NCBI RefSeq assembly: GCF_036321535.1
Contig: NC_087436.1
Coordinates: forward strand, 48,238,001-48,302,000
Origin: Camelus dromedarius
Lineage: Eukaryota
Direction of reading: 5' to 3'
DNA length: 64,000 bases
Positions 1 through 13,513 of this stretch are shown here, piece after piece. Numbering within the stretch: the stretch's first letter is position 1; every line of letters starts with the position of its first letter. The notes under the pieces are model-generated. The model was not told the DNA's origin, made no database searches, and saw only the letters and a program-made list of their open reading frames with translations. The translations under genes were made by a program, and so were the position numbers.

Positions 1-200
1 ATTAGGCATCTACATAGAAAATGATTTTTACTAAAATGCGTGAAAACTAAAGGATTCCCTCTTAATGTTTTATTCTTAATTTACTGTGGAGAGGAACAAG
101 GACTTCATTTTGAACCAATGGGAGTTCTGGATCCAGATCTCAGACATATCAGGACTCTCACAGGAAAATACTCAGGAAGAAGCATTACGATATGAGGACA

Positions 201-578
201 TAGATACTCATTTGTATTTTTTTTTAGATTCCACATACAAGTGATATCATACAATATTTGTCGTTCTCTGCCTGACTTATTTCACTAAGCATAATATGCA
301 AAACAGAAACGGACTCACAGATATAGAAAACAAACTAATGGTTACCAATGGGGAAAGGGGAGGAGTGAGGAACAAATTAGAGATATGGGATTAAGACATA
401 CAAACTACTATGTACAAACTAGAAAAGCAACAAGGATATATTGTATAACACAGGGAATTATAGACTTATCTTGTAATAAATTCTAGTGAAGAATAAGCAG
501 TAAAAATACTGAATCACTATGCCATACATTTGAAATTAATATAATATTGTAAATCACCTAAACTTGCATTTAAAAAAA
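201..578 (+). mobile_element. 5'-truncated L1 3' end with inverted 5' segment (~201-297 minus, ~298-578 plus)
   Basis: 298-578 reads as L1 3'UTR (AAAACAGAAACGGACTCACAGATATAGAAAACAAACTAATGGTTACC...) ending in an A tract; 201-297 is the reverse complement of the L1 segment normally immediately upstream. Confidence 0.85.
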
Positions 579-1056
579 GCTATCAGAATAATGACATGTA
601 GAATTAGGATCATTTTATTGTACCAAGAGCTACTTTGGCCCAAAGTATTCCTTCACACTGATATAAAGGAAACTTCTTTTACTTCTTAAAATGCTGCCTT
701 TCTTCCATAACCTGAGAACTTTTATTAATTTATTTTTGAAATTTAGTGGGAAAAGCTAATTGGCTTCCAAGTAACCAAAAACTCACAAGCTCACTCATAT
801 TTCCCAAAGAGAACTTTCCTCAGAGCTAAGTTTCTTGGTTGAAAAAGACAGAAAGTAAGAATTTAAAAATATTTAAATGTGTTAAGCCTTTTCAGAATAT
901 TGACACCATCAGTAAGCTGTGAAGCTTGTAACAAAACCAAGAATTCTTAGTGCCCTATTCTTTATTCCTCATCTATCTCTTAGGCTTAGGTTTTTCTTCC
1001 TCCATTAGCAGAATAATAAAATCAGCAGAATGTGTGCTTTTAAAATGTTTTCTTCA

Positions 1057-1450
1057 TAAGTCAGAGAAAGACAAATATCATATGACATCACTTATATGCA
1101 GAATTTTTTAAAAATGATACAAATGAACTTATTTACAAACCAGAAATAGACTCATGGACATAGAAAACAAACTTATGGTTACCAAAGGGGAAAGAGGAGG
1201 GATAAATTAGGAGTTTAGGATTAACATATACACACCACTATATATATAAAATAGATACATTTCTACAATATAGCACAAGGAACTATATTCAATAGCTTGT
1301 AATAACCTATAATGAAAAAGAACCTGAAAAAGAATAAATATATATGTATTTATATGTACAACTGAATCACTTTGCTAGACACCTGAAACTAACAAAACAT
1401 TGTAAATCAACTATACTTCAAGTTAAAAAAATTTAAATAATTAAAAAAAA
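1057..1450 (+). mobile_element. 5'-truncated L1 3' end
   Basis: AGTCAGAGAAAGACAAATATCATATG...AAATCAACTATACTTCAA plus A-rich tail; TTTTCTTCA at 1048-1056 and 1455-1463 is a likely TSD. Confidence 0.9.
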
Positions 1451-2199
1451 CCCTTTTTCTTCAGTTGTTCGTGACAGGCTTGATATTGTGATTAATGCTT
1501 TCTCACTGGGTTTAATTTTAAACCAAAGGTGAGTCTCCATGATTTAGTGGTTAGAATAGATTTTCATTTTGTGGCCACTGGACAGAGTTTTCTCTTTGTA
1601 AATCTCACTTGTATTATGATAGCTTTAGCACTTTAAGTTCACCAAAGAGACTAGCTCCAATTTTAACATCTTCTTTGATTGTTCCTATTTAAATGTTTAT
1701 CCTCATCATGTTTCCTTCTGAGAGTTAATTTGCTTTCTTTCTACAAGATTTACTTCCCCCCACCCCAGTTCTCCTTACTATTTACCTCTTCAACAGCTCT
1801 TTGGAATAACAATCCTAAAGAAAAGACTGATAGGGAACAAATGTCCTTTTGAAAACAAAGACTAAGTCGTATGCCTAGAAAGAATAATAATGTTTTTTAC
1901 AGGTTAGCTTTGTGCTACTCTGATGAAAGAACTGGTTTGGTGCCTTTTTCATTATAGGTTAACATCATAACAAGCGTCTACTTCCTATAACAGAACAGTT
2001 GTATTATTTAATCCTACTATTTAAAAAATGTGAACTTTGAAAGTGCTAAGGTTCAAATTTCCAAAATTATTTCTTCTATTCAGGCTGCCTTTAGTAGAAA
2101 ACTAAAGTAGTTGTTCATTATGAAAAATTATATGTATTATTGAATCTTTTTCAAGTCCATTTAAAAGATTAGTCATATCTCAAAACATCTGTGAAGGGT

Positions 2200-2298
2200 A
2201 ATGCTTGACTAAGTCACCTCTCAGTTTTCTTATCTGTAAAATGAGAGGGTTGGACCAGCTTATCTCTGAAGTACCCTCCAACTGTTAACGTCTACGAG
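2200..2298 (+). mobile_element. MIR/MIR3 SINE fragment
   Basis: Core CTCAGTTTTCTTATCTGTAAAATGAGAGGGTTGGACCAG followed by a MIR3-type tail. Confidence 0.75.
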
Positions 2299-5200
2299 GT
2301 CAGTATTTCTTCTATAGGATTTCTGGATTCTAGAAAAACATTCAAGCACAGGATGTTATTTATTAGAATCCTAAACTAGATTTTCTTTTTTTAAGTTCCA
2401 ACTGTCTCAACGGTTCCTTATCATCCAAATCAACATACACTCTCTGGCATATTTGTGATGCCAAGCAAACTTGAAGTATAGGCTTGCTGACAGTCATTAA
2501 GATAAGTATTTTGCATGTCCTTCCACATGCTTTGCTTAACTGAAGCTTCTGAACCTTAAAATAACATCACAGCAATCTAATCTGGAGATAAAAGGAGGGA
2601 AGATATGTAGAGGTCCTAAAGAAAAGAAATACTTCTAAATCAGGCTAACTATAGATCAAAACTATGTACTGTTACAGAAAATGAATCGTGAAATACAGAA
2701 GAAATAAAAAAGCTACTGCATAATTTGCTTCCAAATAATTCATCTCTGATATTAAACTAACATGACCTATATTTCAGAAGAGAAAAAAAAATCCGCCTCT
2801 GAAGTCAAAAAACCTTTCTTCCTTACTTCCAACATTATGATGATAGCAAAATGAAACTACATGAATGCAAGACCTTTGCTTGTATAACTGTAACTTAATA
2901 ATTTTATTCCAAGTGACAGGAGAAACCTTAAAAGCATTCCTACTGGTTAACAAACACAATTTGAGGCAGAACTCTGCCTTAGGACCACAGTATTTGTCAG
3001 GAAGCTTCATTGATTCCTCATGTTTGCTGTATATTTTCCAGCAGTGTACTTAGCATGTGACCTTTATGTGGCTGCACAGTTTCCCCACTGCTTTCATAGC
3101 TCATAAAATGCTTAGGAAGTGTTTTAAAAATTGCTCAAAGAAATTGGGCCACAAAGAACTTGACCTTCATGCATCTTAATGGTCCTGCTTTAATTTCATT
3201 TTCAAGGAAGGGATATTTTCATTGCAAATGCACTGGTAACATCTGTATTTCAGGTTCTCTTGGAATAGCAAGTAAGAAGTGGTTCTGCCCAGTGTGTATT
3301 ATTTGGCCATCACTCTAAAATATGTGATGCTCCAATTACTCTTCTCATGAAATCATGCACAGAAATGAATCCTCCCTCTTTCCTTAACATCACCCTCCTT
3401 TTGTTGATCACTTTCAGTTATCTGACTATGCTGGAAAGACATTATGTCATAAACAGCATAATAACATCTGCAAAGAATCCCTTTGGAAGTCATAGCATAT
3501 GCTGTCAAAGCCAAAGTGTACTCTTGGATCTGAAGTCCACTACTTATAAGGGCTGACATTTAGCCCTGTAACATTTGAATTTTTCCCCCCATATAGGCTG
3601 CTAGGGGATACATGGCTAGAGAAGCATCACAAACAAGATCTCAGTTTATAGCTGTCTGGAGAATCACTGAATCAAGCAACAGAAAAACATTGTAAGTAGC
3701 AGCTTGCCTTTTCTATTTCCTTCGGTGTTTTATAGGATAAAGAGTGGTACTGGATAATTTGAGTTTAATTGAATGTGCAGTCTTTGCTCTGAAATGCTGG
3801 TTTGGAGCTCTACGCTTGGGTCTTATGCTGAACTTTATGTAATATAACTGTCAGCAGTGCAGGCTGATGAATACACAACATATTAGGTGTATCTGTATGA
3901 ATTCATTAAAATAAACTGCAGAGGAAACTGTCAGACCAACTCTAACACAGCTGCCTCATTCTTGAAAGCCACATGCCTAGCAAAGTTTCCATAGAGAAGG
4001 TAATACCCAGTCTTCCCTTTTCAATGATTTATTTGATCAACTGATTATTATGAATACATTTTCCTTTAATAATGCTAAGTCAATAATTTGGGAAGATAAT
4101 GAAAAGAAGTATGAAATCTGGAAAGCTCTTCATTGTATAGAATAATGCTACAACTTCTGCTTGACAATTCAAAAGTTGTATGTGGGTATCACATGAACTT
4201 TTGCAAAAGTGGACTATGGCCCTCCTATTTCACACTTCTAACTCAAAGAAGAATTCCAACAGAGATCACTGCCCCAGTTATTTGCCTTGAAAAAAGAAAT
4301 AAACCCTGTCAACACCTTCTTCACTTTAAACTGCTGTCCTTACAGAACTAAACAATTAGGGAAGGGTGGGGTGTTGGGAACCAAGGGTCATAAGTTTCCA
4401 ACCATGCTATGTATACAAGGTTAACTGCAGACTGTGTTGTCTGTATTCAGTCATGGCTCATTTCCATGTGTGTCCTGGGATTTGCCTTATGGGGAAAAAA
4501 ATTCAAAGTCTTGTCAAGCACATGGTGCATTTTTAGTCTCCTGAGAGGAGGTGAATCTAGCCTACCCCTCACTCTCAAGTCCTCAAAATCTAGACAATGG
4601 TAATGCTACGAATTAACTTTTAAAACTTGAGAAAAATATAAGCATTGTTGCTAGAGGAATTAGATGTGAAATGGGTAACCAAGGAGGCTTATCCAATACA
4701 GTTTAATAGAACAAGGAAAATTAAACTTAATCTGTGATATAAGAAACATTACTTGATTTATGGAATATATTCTTGATTAATTACTCCAGCATTCAGCTTT
4801 ATTATAACTTAAGTAATAAGAGATTTCATGTACCTCTTAATCTGTAAACAAGTTAAATGGGCCAAAAGTCAGTGAGGATTTTCCAACTGCCACATTCTGA
4901 AATAAAAAACATTTGGGAAACCAAGATGCAAATCCAAACTCACCCTTTAAGGAGTTTTTCCCAGGCTGAGGCTTGGTTATCAATGCCCAAATCAAGACAG
5001 AGCCAATAAAGCAGTGTTCCCAGAAAAAGCCATCAGCAGCAGTCATACTCAGCTCCTTGTCCCGGTCACTGCTTTGGCCTATAGAAACAGACACAGCACA
5101 TCTGAACCAGTGTGGAAATGGGACCTACTAGGAATACTCCACCTCCAAAATCAGGAGATAATTTTACCAAATAGGAAGAAACTGAATATTTCTCTTGCTT

Positions 5201-6299
5201 TTTGAGAAGAGAAAAAATCTCTGAGATGACCTGTAGTGTTCAGATTAGCCTGAAAAGCATTCTGAGCTCTCACAAATTGTGCTAATGGGGACGAAGAGAG
5301 AAAGAAACAGGCCAGTTCACTAGGGTCTCAGATGGTTTTAGGAAGGAGTAGGAAAATGCAGTAACTTCCAAAGGAGAATGCCTCCCCTCCAACCAATCAG
5401 ATCAGATTCCATCTTGTTTGTTGCACTGAAGCATATTAGCTGATTATCAGCCCTGGTACTAGGGGCAGAAAACAAGTAGCTATAGAGACGGTTCTGGTGA
5501 CCACAGCTGGGTCAGCCAAGGCATGTAACTCAATAAGATTCTGCATGTCTTTGTTGCCGTAAAGTTATTCTAGTGAGCAAAGAGTCAAGAATGTTCCAGA
5601 AAACATTTGAGCTGTTGTGAGTTCAATAGGATCTTCTCTGCATAGCAGGATGGTCAAAGAGAGTGAAAAGTAAGAGGGGAATAGGAAGCAAGGGTCAAGA
5701 TTCAGGCAAGATTGAGCAAAATATAGGTTCTGCCATTCTATGTGAGGTTCAGGGCTGGGTACCAGTTCTACAGGGAAATACAGCAAGAAACGAGGTGGAC
5801 TACAGATAGAAAATCAAGATATAAACAAGCCCATGTGAACAGCCAATACATAAATGAAAAGGAGGTGCTAGAAAGTGGAGGGTATATTTTCTCATACATA
5901 ACATATGATGCAAATAGATTAACCTAATTTAAGAACTGTAACTCAAGAAATTTTTCTTCTCCTAGATTTATAATTATTGTTTTTCTCTTTGCTACTTTGT
6001 TTCCTTCAGAAACACCTATCGCTTTGGTTTCTATCCTTCATTTCTATTGATTTTCCATCTCATTGTTTTCATCTTTTGACCATTTTTTCTTTATTCTGTG
6101 AGAGCTTGATTCTGAATAGTACTATTTCTAAAGTTGGAATTTCTGGGATTAGCTGGAATTATATATCTGATATTTCCAATGTATTATTTTCAGTTACTGA
6201 AGGAGATCAATAACATAAATAATAAGGCCCAGCACTTAGGTTTTTTTCTTTCTCAAATACATTGTCCTTTTTTTGGTCTAAAGAAGTTTGAAGCAATGT

Positions 6300-6855
6300 T
6301 TGTGTATGGATAGTAGTAACTTTAATGCTTTACCAACTCAACATGATTTCCCATTCCCATTTTTGGTTTCTGAGAAACATCTTCCTGACTTCATATGCTC
6401 CTAGAGGAACTGCCAATCATGTGCCTCACTCCTCCTTCTCTGTGCCAAAAAGAGGGATCAAATTTGATCCAATCATAATATAATATCTCCCCAACACAAG
6501 GTTAGTATAGATCTAGGACTAAGTTTGACGAATCAGAATCCTCTCAGGGATACTTTAGCTATATTTGCTGCAGAAGACGCTTCTATTTAGATCACAAGTT
6601 CTAATGATGTAGACCTGAGATTACTTTTCTGCTATATGATGAGAGCCTATCCATGTAGAAGATAGAGGCCAACACATATGTAGAAGTAGCGAGAAGCAGA
6701 ACCAAGAGACAGAGAGCGCTCAATCCATGATAATAACATTTGAGTCCAGATTCCAGTCTCAATTTGCCAGTTTCATCAGCCAATAAATACTGTTCTTTGC
6801 CTGAGCTAGTTTAAATTGAGTTCCAGTCACTTAGACCTGAAAGAGCCCTGGGGTA
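6300..6855 (+). mobile_element. Old ERVL-class solo LTR (LTR16/LTR33-like)
   Basis: 3' end CCAATAAATACTGTTCTTTGCCTGAGCTAGTTTAAATTGAGTTCCAGTCACTT...AAAGAGCCCTG resembles LTR16/33 termini. Confidence 0.65.
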
Positions 6856-7349
6856 TATAAATGTCAAACACTATTAACAAAAACAAAGCTGACAGTAATA
6901 CAAAGCCTCCACGGCTTAATGATAAATGACTAATGTACGCTATTCACATTTTCCAGAAACTCTTAATGCCCTATGCCAGTATTGCTGCACACACTCGGCA
7001 AGGTTCGTGAATATTTCAGTTACTATGGTTTATAGAAGGATTTCCAGGCCATGATTTCATTATTTTCTGCTACTTAAAATAGCATTCTGGTTTGTGGATT
7101 TTGGATTTAGGATGATGCACATCTTCTTGACTCTTGGATGTTTTATAATAGTGGGCATGACATGGTTAAATAGTAAAAAATCACATTCTGCTGAAGCCAG
7201 AGGTAAAATTTTATAATCAGTCATAAGAAGTATCTCTGTATCTTCTATCAAATGAGAGACACCTCCTTGAGCTCAGATTTAATCTCCAAAATAAATATAG
7301 TGAAAATAAAGCACTGGCCTATTCTCACTCTGTTTCCAGTATCAAGTGC

Positions 7350-8110
7350 ATTCATCCACTGGAAAAGTATTTATTAATGGCCTACTATGTACCAGGCAAT
7401 ATATTATACGCTATGGATTGCAGTTGGGAAGATAAAGTACAGGCCAGTGGTGAAGACAGACAAGATCATAAACAAATAATTAATTTGGGGTGGTAATAAA
7501 TGTTGTAAAGAAAAATAGGTCAGGTAAAGGAATAAGATGAAGGCTTCCTTGAGGAGGTGGCATCAAAGATATCTTAAGGATTCAAAAGAGTAATATGGGG
7601 GAGACCAGGAAATTAGAAATTGTAAAGACTCAGGGAAAGAATGAGCTCAACATATTCAAGAAATGACAAGCCCAGACTTGAAGAAACAGAGTGACCAGGG
7701 CCTTGTAGACCTTGGTACAAAAGGTGGATATTATTCTCCACATTACAACAAGTCACTGGAGAGTTTTGAGCAGAAGAGTTGTGTAATTTGATTTAAGTTT
7801 TCAGCAGGTTACTCTGGAGGTGGGAGGAGGGCAGTAATTGTAGAAGTAGGGAATTAACAGAAGCCAGTGAAGGAGTTACTGCTGTAAGCCAGGTAAGACC
7901 ACATGCCGGTGTGAATTAAGAGGTAACAATGGAGTGTTGAGAAGAAATGGCTTAGGAATATAGCTTAAGATAGAGCTGAGAAAATTTTGCAATAGACTGG
8001 ATGAGGATGAGGGGAAAGAAAAGAAGAATCAAGGATAAATCCAAGTTTCTGATCTGATCAACTGTGTAATTGCCAGTGACATTTGCTGAGTTGAAGAATA
8101 CCAAGAAGTA
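7350..8110 (-). mobile_element. L2 LINE 3' portion
   Basis: CATTCATCC...TATTTATTAATGGCCTACTATGTACCAGGC start and purine-rich L2 body (GGCTTCCTTGAGGAGGTGGCAT, GAGTTTTGAGCAGAAGAGT). Confidence 0.8.
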
Positions 8111-10192
8111 CATTTTACTGTGAAAATTCCAAGGGAGTTTCTGCCTTCCACTTCTGAATAGGATCTGGGGAGGCAGCCAGTCTCCAGGATTCCCTGTTCC
8201 CAGCATGACAGTGTGGTAGAGTAGTAGTTTGCACTGTCTGGGAAGAGAAGCCTGAGAAAGTGCCACAGAGTTGCCTGCACCCAAATGTGCTGTTGGAACA
8301 GTTGAATATATTCCCTACATCCAAGGACAACATTGAAATGACACAGAAGATTGACGATCTCAAGCCACGGTGATGTTAAAAAGGGAAATACGGCAATGGT
8401 CTACGGGAAGACAGCTCTACCCATTCTGAAAAGAGAATATTTGAGCAGAAGGCAGAATAAATCAGTGATGATGACTCAGACAAGACATGCCATTTACCTC
8501 ACCCCATTTACCACACAAAGCCCCACTCCCCACTTCACTCTCACTGGAGAACCCAGATAAAATTTCAGGATAATGTTAAAAGACCCAAGCAAAGATTAAT
8601 TTCATCATGTAGTTCAATAGAGACTTGTTACAATTTAGTCGTAGAAAAAATAAAGATAGGCTAATTGTACCTGAGTTTGTGGACTTGGATTTATATTTTC
8701 TATACAGGGTAGAAATTATTCTAGGGCTAATTGGCATTGATTTTGGAGAGCCAGAAGAAAGAGGGATCACTGAATTATTTGAGAACTAAGCAAAGACATA
8801 TTCCTTCATCTCATTTGACCAAGGATTTTAAATCTCTGTGAGATTAAAAACCATTGCTAGTTTCTAGAGTAAATGCATTGAATTAATACCAGGAACACAT
8901 AAAATATTTGTCAATAATTTTTAAAATAGTCAATCTAATGTGAGCAGTATAGCAAACAGGGTAGCTCTAAATCTTTAATGTATGTTTGGTTGTTTCCAAT
9001 TAATTCATTTCTTTTATGAGATCATGAGTTTAAAAAAAAAACCTTCACATATTGTCACATCATACACTGGGGGACAGGTGCACCTCAACTGCCAATGGTT
9101 GGCATCACAATGCTGATGCTCAGAGAAGGTAGCTCAGGTAAGTAGTATCACTTACTAAATGTTACCTCAACCAGGTTCATTCTTGTTTACATTGATACGT
9201 GACATAATAGCTAAGATTTCTTTGTGTAACTGTGTATAATTATATCCTATGCATCACATTGTTCTCACGTAGTCAGTCCAGTGTGTCTCAAGAGCACTTT
9301 CTATCAGTTTGCTCAAGAACCATGTTGGCATTTATCTGTTTGTTGTAAGAAAAAAACATAGATTCAGATGTTAAGTATATTCTAAGAAGAAATACTCTCA
9401 TTTTGCTATACAAAGATATAGAATTATGCTTTGAAACCCTTCAGTTTAAAAAAATGGTTGAATTAATTTGCATAGAGAAATGCTTAAGACTTTTACTCAA
9501 GAATTACTTGCAAATTTGACGAATTGTTCAAAGAATGACCTAAAAGCACATGGTGATGACATCAGAAGCTGTGGCTTCTCATTGCTCTTTCCTTAATTAT
9601 CTTCTTGTTTCAAATTATATGGGACCTCATGAGATTTTGGTGAGTTCATGATTGTTTTGTGAGTTTGTGTTTTGTTCATTCCTTGATCCATTTCCATATC
9701 ATAAAATGTAGAATCAAATATAAAGTCTTAAAACACAATATCTCTAAAAGGAATTAAAAATTCTATGGACAGCAGACATTCCAAAATGAAGGTGATTAAT
9801 GGAAAATATTTTAAAAAGAGATTAGCATTTGATTCTTGATAATTGCATCATTGACAGTTGGCTGTGGACAAACCCGAACAATGTCAAATCATAAGGAAAA
9901 GCAAGAAGCATAGTTTATATTTATTCAGGAATATGGGAGCAACTCTAGTGATCGTGTTCATAGTGCTTTTGTAGTCAGCACAAAGTGTCTCATGACATCA
10001 GGCTATAATACTGGGCCATCCATCATGACATCCACATTGAATTAAAAATTCCTAGATCATCCTATTTGTCCCAAGGCCTAGCTGTTCCTCTTCCCTAGAT
10101 TTGAGGGACCACCCCATATGTTTCCCATAATTTTTTATTTATTATTTTTTACTTAGCTAAAGAACTCCAAATGACACAATATATAGTTACTT

Positions 10193-10319
10193 AAAACAAC
10201 TATATGAAAATGAACATATTTATGTTCCTATATGACTGAAGCATTGTGCTGTACACCAGAAATTGACACAACACTGTAAACTGACTATACGTCAATAAAA
10301 TATGATATATTTAAAAAAA
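10193..10319 (+). mobile_element. Short young L1 3' end
   Basis: TGCTGTACACCAGAAATTGACACAACACTGTAAACTGACTATACGTCAATAAAA; same family as 40025-40353 and 47972-48194. Confidence 0.85.
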
Positions 10320-10699
10320 CCCTTAGATTTCATTTCTGGCCATTTATGAGTCATAAATGCATGGTGATCTGAACTATGTTGCCCAAATATATTTGAATGG
10401 AATAATACTTATGAGCTTGAATGACAAGTACCTGCCTGAACGAGGTGTTGAAATACATGAACCAACCTGTAGTTGATAAGGAACACACATTCTCTGCAGT
10501 CCACTCATCTTACATTGCTACAAACGACTTTACATTACAAAATGCTCTTCTCATTTTTCTTATTGTGGGGATACAGTATCACTTGCAAGGGCATTTTCTG
10601 GGACCATTATAAACTAAATTTTGTTGAGTCAAGAGACATTCCAGTTTGCTGGATACTTCATACTGTATAACAAAATTTTGAATCTATCATTTACTCTGT

Positions 10700-11012
10700 T
10701 GTTGATATCACACAGGTAAGAGGCTTACAAAAGTTAAATGAATTTCTCAATCATACAGTTGGTAAATGTCAGAATTGAGACTGGACTCAAGTTTTCTAAT
10801 TCAAAGTCCAAAGTTCATTTATTTTTTAAAAACATTTTATTTATTTATTTATCATTGTATTATTTATTTTATTTTGGTGAGGGGTAGGTAATTAGGTTTG
10901 TTTATTTTTAGAGGAGGTACTGGGGATTGAACCCAGGACCTCATGCATGCTAAGCATACACTCTACCACTGAGCTATACCCTCCCTCACCAAAGTTCATT
11001 TCTCTATAACAT
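10700..11012 (-). mobile_element. MIR fragment interrupted by a SINE
   Basis: Degenerate antisense MIR (GAGGCTTACAAAAGTTAAATGAATTTCTCAATCATACAG...AATTCAAAGTCC) resumes after the SINE. Confidence 0.6.
10821..10988 (-). mobile_element. tRNA-derived SINE, camelid Vic-1-like, full length
   Basis: Minus strand GGGAGGGTATAGCTCAGTGGTAGAGTGTATGCTTAGCATGCATGAGGTCCTGGGTTCAATCCCCAGTACCTCC with A/B boxes and A-rich tail; perfect 13-bp TSD CCAAAGTTCATTT at 10808-10820 and 10989-11001. Confidence 0.92.
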
Positions 11013-11539
11013 AACAGGCTTTGTCTATAGGATCTCACTGTAAAAGTTACATAAAGTTTTCTTACTGTGTCATTTAGGAAATATCCTATATTAAAGAGTC
11101 AATAGATATATCTCAGATATTGAATACAGACAGCAAAAATTCAATTTAGATGCAATAGTGTTTGTGATGCATAAATTTCTGTTTAAAAGTCTAAATCTCT
11201 GCAGAATGATTAAAGTTTTGAGTTAGAAGTTTGCCTTTAATAACCTTACAAAATCTCACAAGGACAAAATATCTTTTTGTCTATTTTGGTTCTTCGTGAT
11301 GGAATAGAATTCTCTCAGCCAACGCACCTATGAAGTAGACTGATTATCACCAGTCTTACCAATGTGCTTTGGAGGAATCCTTTAAATCTTAGAGCTTAAA
11401 TATTGTTATGGGAGTGGATATAGCAGTGAATCAAATAAAAATACAGCCAAGTCCCAGGATTTATAAAGATTATATACTAATGAATAGAAACCAATTTGTA
11501 TTAAATTAGTATTCTTATAAAACAGAAGTATGTACTAAC

Positions 11540-12782
11540 ATATACTAACAATGAAGTATCAGAAAGAGAAATTAAGGAAACAATCCCATTTATCACTATA
11601 TCAAAAAGAATAAAATACCTACGAATAAGGCAAAAGTCCTATATGCCAAAAACTATAAGACACTGATGAAAGAAAGTGAAGATGACACAAACAGATGGAA
11701 AGATGTACCATGTTCTTGGATTGGAAGAATCTATATTGTTAAAGTGACCATACTACCCAACACAATCCACAGATTCAGTGCAATCTGTATCAAAATCCCT
11801 GTCAAAAGAAACTCTTCACAGAACTACAACAAGCAATTTTAAAATTTGTATGGAAACACAAAAGACTCTGAATAGTCAAAACAATCATGAGAAAGAAGAG
11901 CAGAGCTGAGAAATCATGATCGCTAACTTTAGACTAAACTATAAAGCTACAGTAATCAAAATGGAATAGTACTGGCACAAAAATAGACACATAAATCAAT
12001 GGAAAAGGATAGAAAGCCCAGAAGTAAACCCATGCACTTATGATCAATTAATCTAAGACAAAGGAGGCAAGAATATACAATGGAGAAAGGTAGTCTCTTC
12101 AGTAAGTGGTGCAGGCAAAACTGGACAGCTACATGTAAAAGAATGAAATTAGAACATTACACCATATACAACATAACATCATATACAAAAATAAACTCAA
12201 TATGGATTAAAGACCTAAATGTAAGACTGGATACTATGAAATTCCAAGAGGAAAACATAGGCATTATTGACATAAATTGAAGCAATAGTTTTTTGGATGC
12301 ATCTCCTAAAGTAAAGGAAATAAAAGCAAAGATAAGTAAATGGGACTTAATTAAATTTAAAAGGTTTTGCACAGCAAAGGAAACCATTGACAAAATGAAA
12401 AGACAATCTATTGAATAGGAGAAAATATTTTGTAAATGATATGACCTATAGGAATTAATATCTGACATATATAAATAGCTTACCCAACTCAACATCAAGA
12501 AAACCAAACAAACTCATTAAAAAATGGGCAGAAGAACTGAATAGACATTTCTCCAAAGAGGAAATGCAGGCAACCAACTTGCACAGGATAAGATTCTCAA
12601 CATTAGCTAATCATCCAGGAAATGCAAATCAAAACCACAATGAGATATCACCTCACACTTGTCACAATGGCTGTCATCAAAAAGACCACAAATAACAATG
12701 TTGGCAAAGATGTGGAGAAAAGGGAATCCTTTTTTTCAGATATATACTCAGTAGTGGAATTGCTGGGAAATATCGTAGTTCT
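11540..12782 (+). mobile_element. L1 ORF2 3' region, degenerate; last ~50 bp inverted
   Basis: ORF fragments [26 protein letters not shown] and MQIKTTMRYHLTLV are L1 ORF2p C-terminal sequence; 12731-12782 is antisense L1. Confidence 0.93.
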
Positions 12783-13121
12783 GGTCAGCACCAGTGAGGT
12801 ATTCTGTGAGTGGACCCTCTCTACCCTTCCCCACAGAAGAAGAAGCAATGTGCATGATAAAAGTTTTACCTTTCCCTCCCCAGATGCCACAAAAAGATGT
12901 CCTGGTCCAAAATAACCCTTTCTTTTCTTTTGCAAATAGCTTCCTTGCCCCACCCTCCCTTCTATAAAAGCCTTCCATTTGACACCACTCCTCACTCCTC
13001 AGAGCACCCTTCCAGTTGCTAGATGGATGCTGCCCGTCATTGAATCATGAATCAAAGCATGAATTATTGACTAAAGCCAATTTGATTTTTAAATTTACTC
13101 AGCTGAATTTTGTTTTCTGAC
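12783..13121 (+). mobile_element. ERV1-class LTR, probably 5'-truncated (MER4/MER41-group-like)
   Basis: CCCTTCTATAAAAGCC TATA box, TTGCTAGATGGATGCTGCCC, and terminal TTTACTCAGCTGAATTTTGTTTTCTGACA. Confidence 0.7.
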
Positions 13122-13513
13122 ATCCCTTAAAGTATTCATACCACTGCTTTTAAAATTATGTAATTAGTTTACTATTCTCATATCAGTTATTTATTGCTGA
13201 ATAGCAGACTAACACAAAACTTAACAGCTTAAAACAATAACAGTTGTTTATCTGAAATTCTACAGGTGGACAGTTTGGACTGGGCTCACCTGAATGGTCC
13301 TTGTAATTGTCTCAGCTGGGGTCACTCCTGCAATTGTGGACAACTGATAAGTTACCTAAAGATGACTTTTTTTTTTTTCCCTAGAACAGCGGGGGCAACT
13401 GGGAAATGTGTCTCTCATCACCCAGCTGGCTTAGCTTCTTCATATGGTGGGAGTCACAAAATTCTGGAGTAGCAAGAGAGGGCAAGTCTCAACATGCAAG
13501 CCTTTTTCAAACA

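Noticed and set aside
10915..10988. Genuine tRNA gene
   Set aside because: The tRNA-like head is followed by a SINE tail and bounded by TSDs.
12080..12995. Longest ORFs (66-116 aa) as host genes
   Set aside because: They are sense or antisense readings of decayed L1 ORF2 and LTR sequence.
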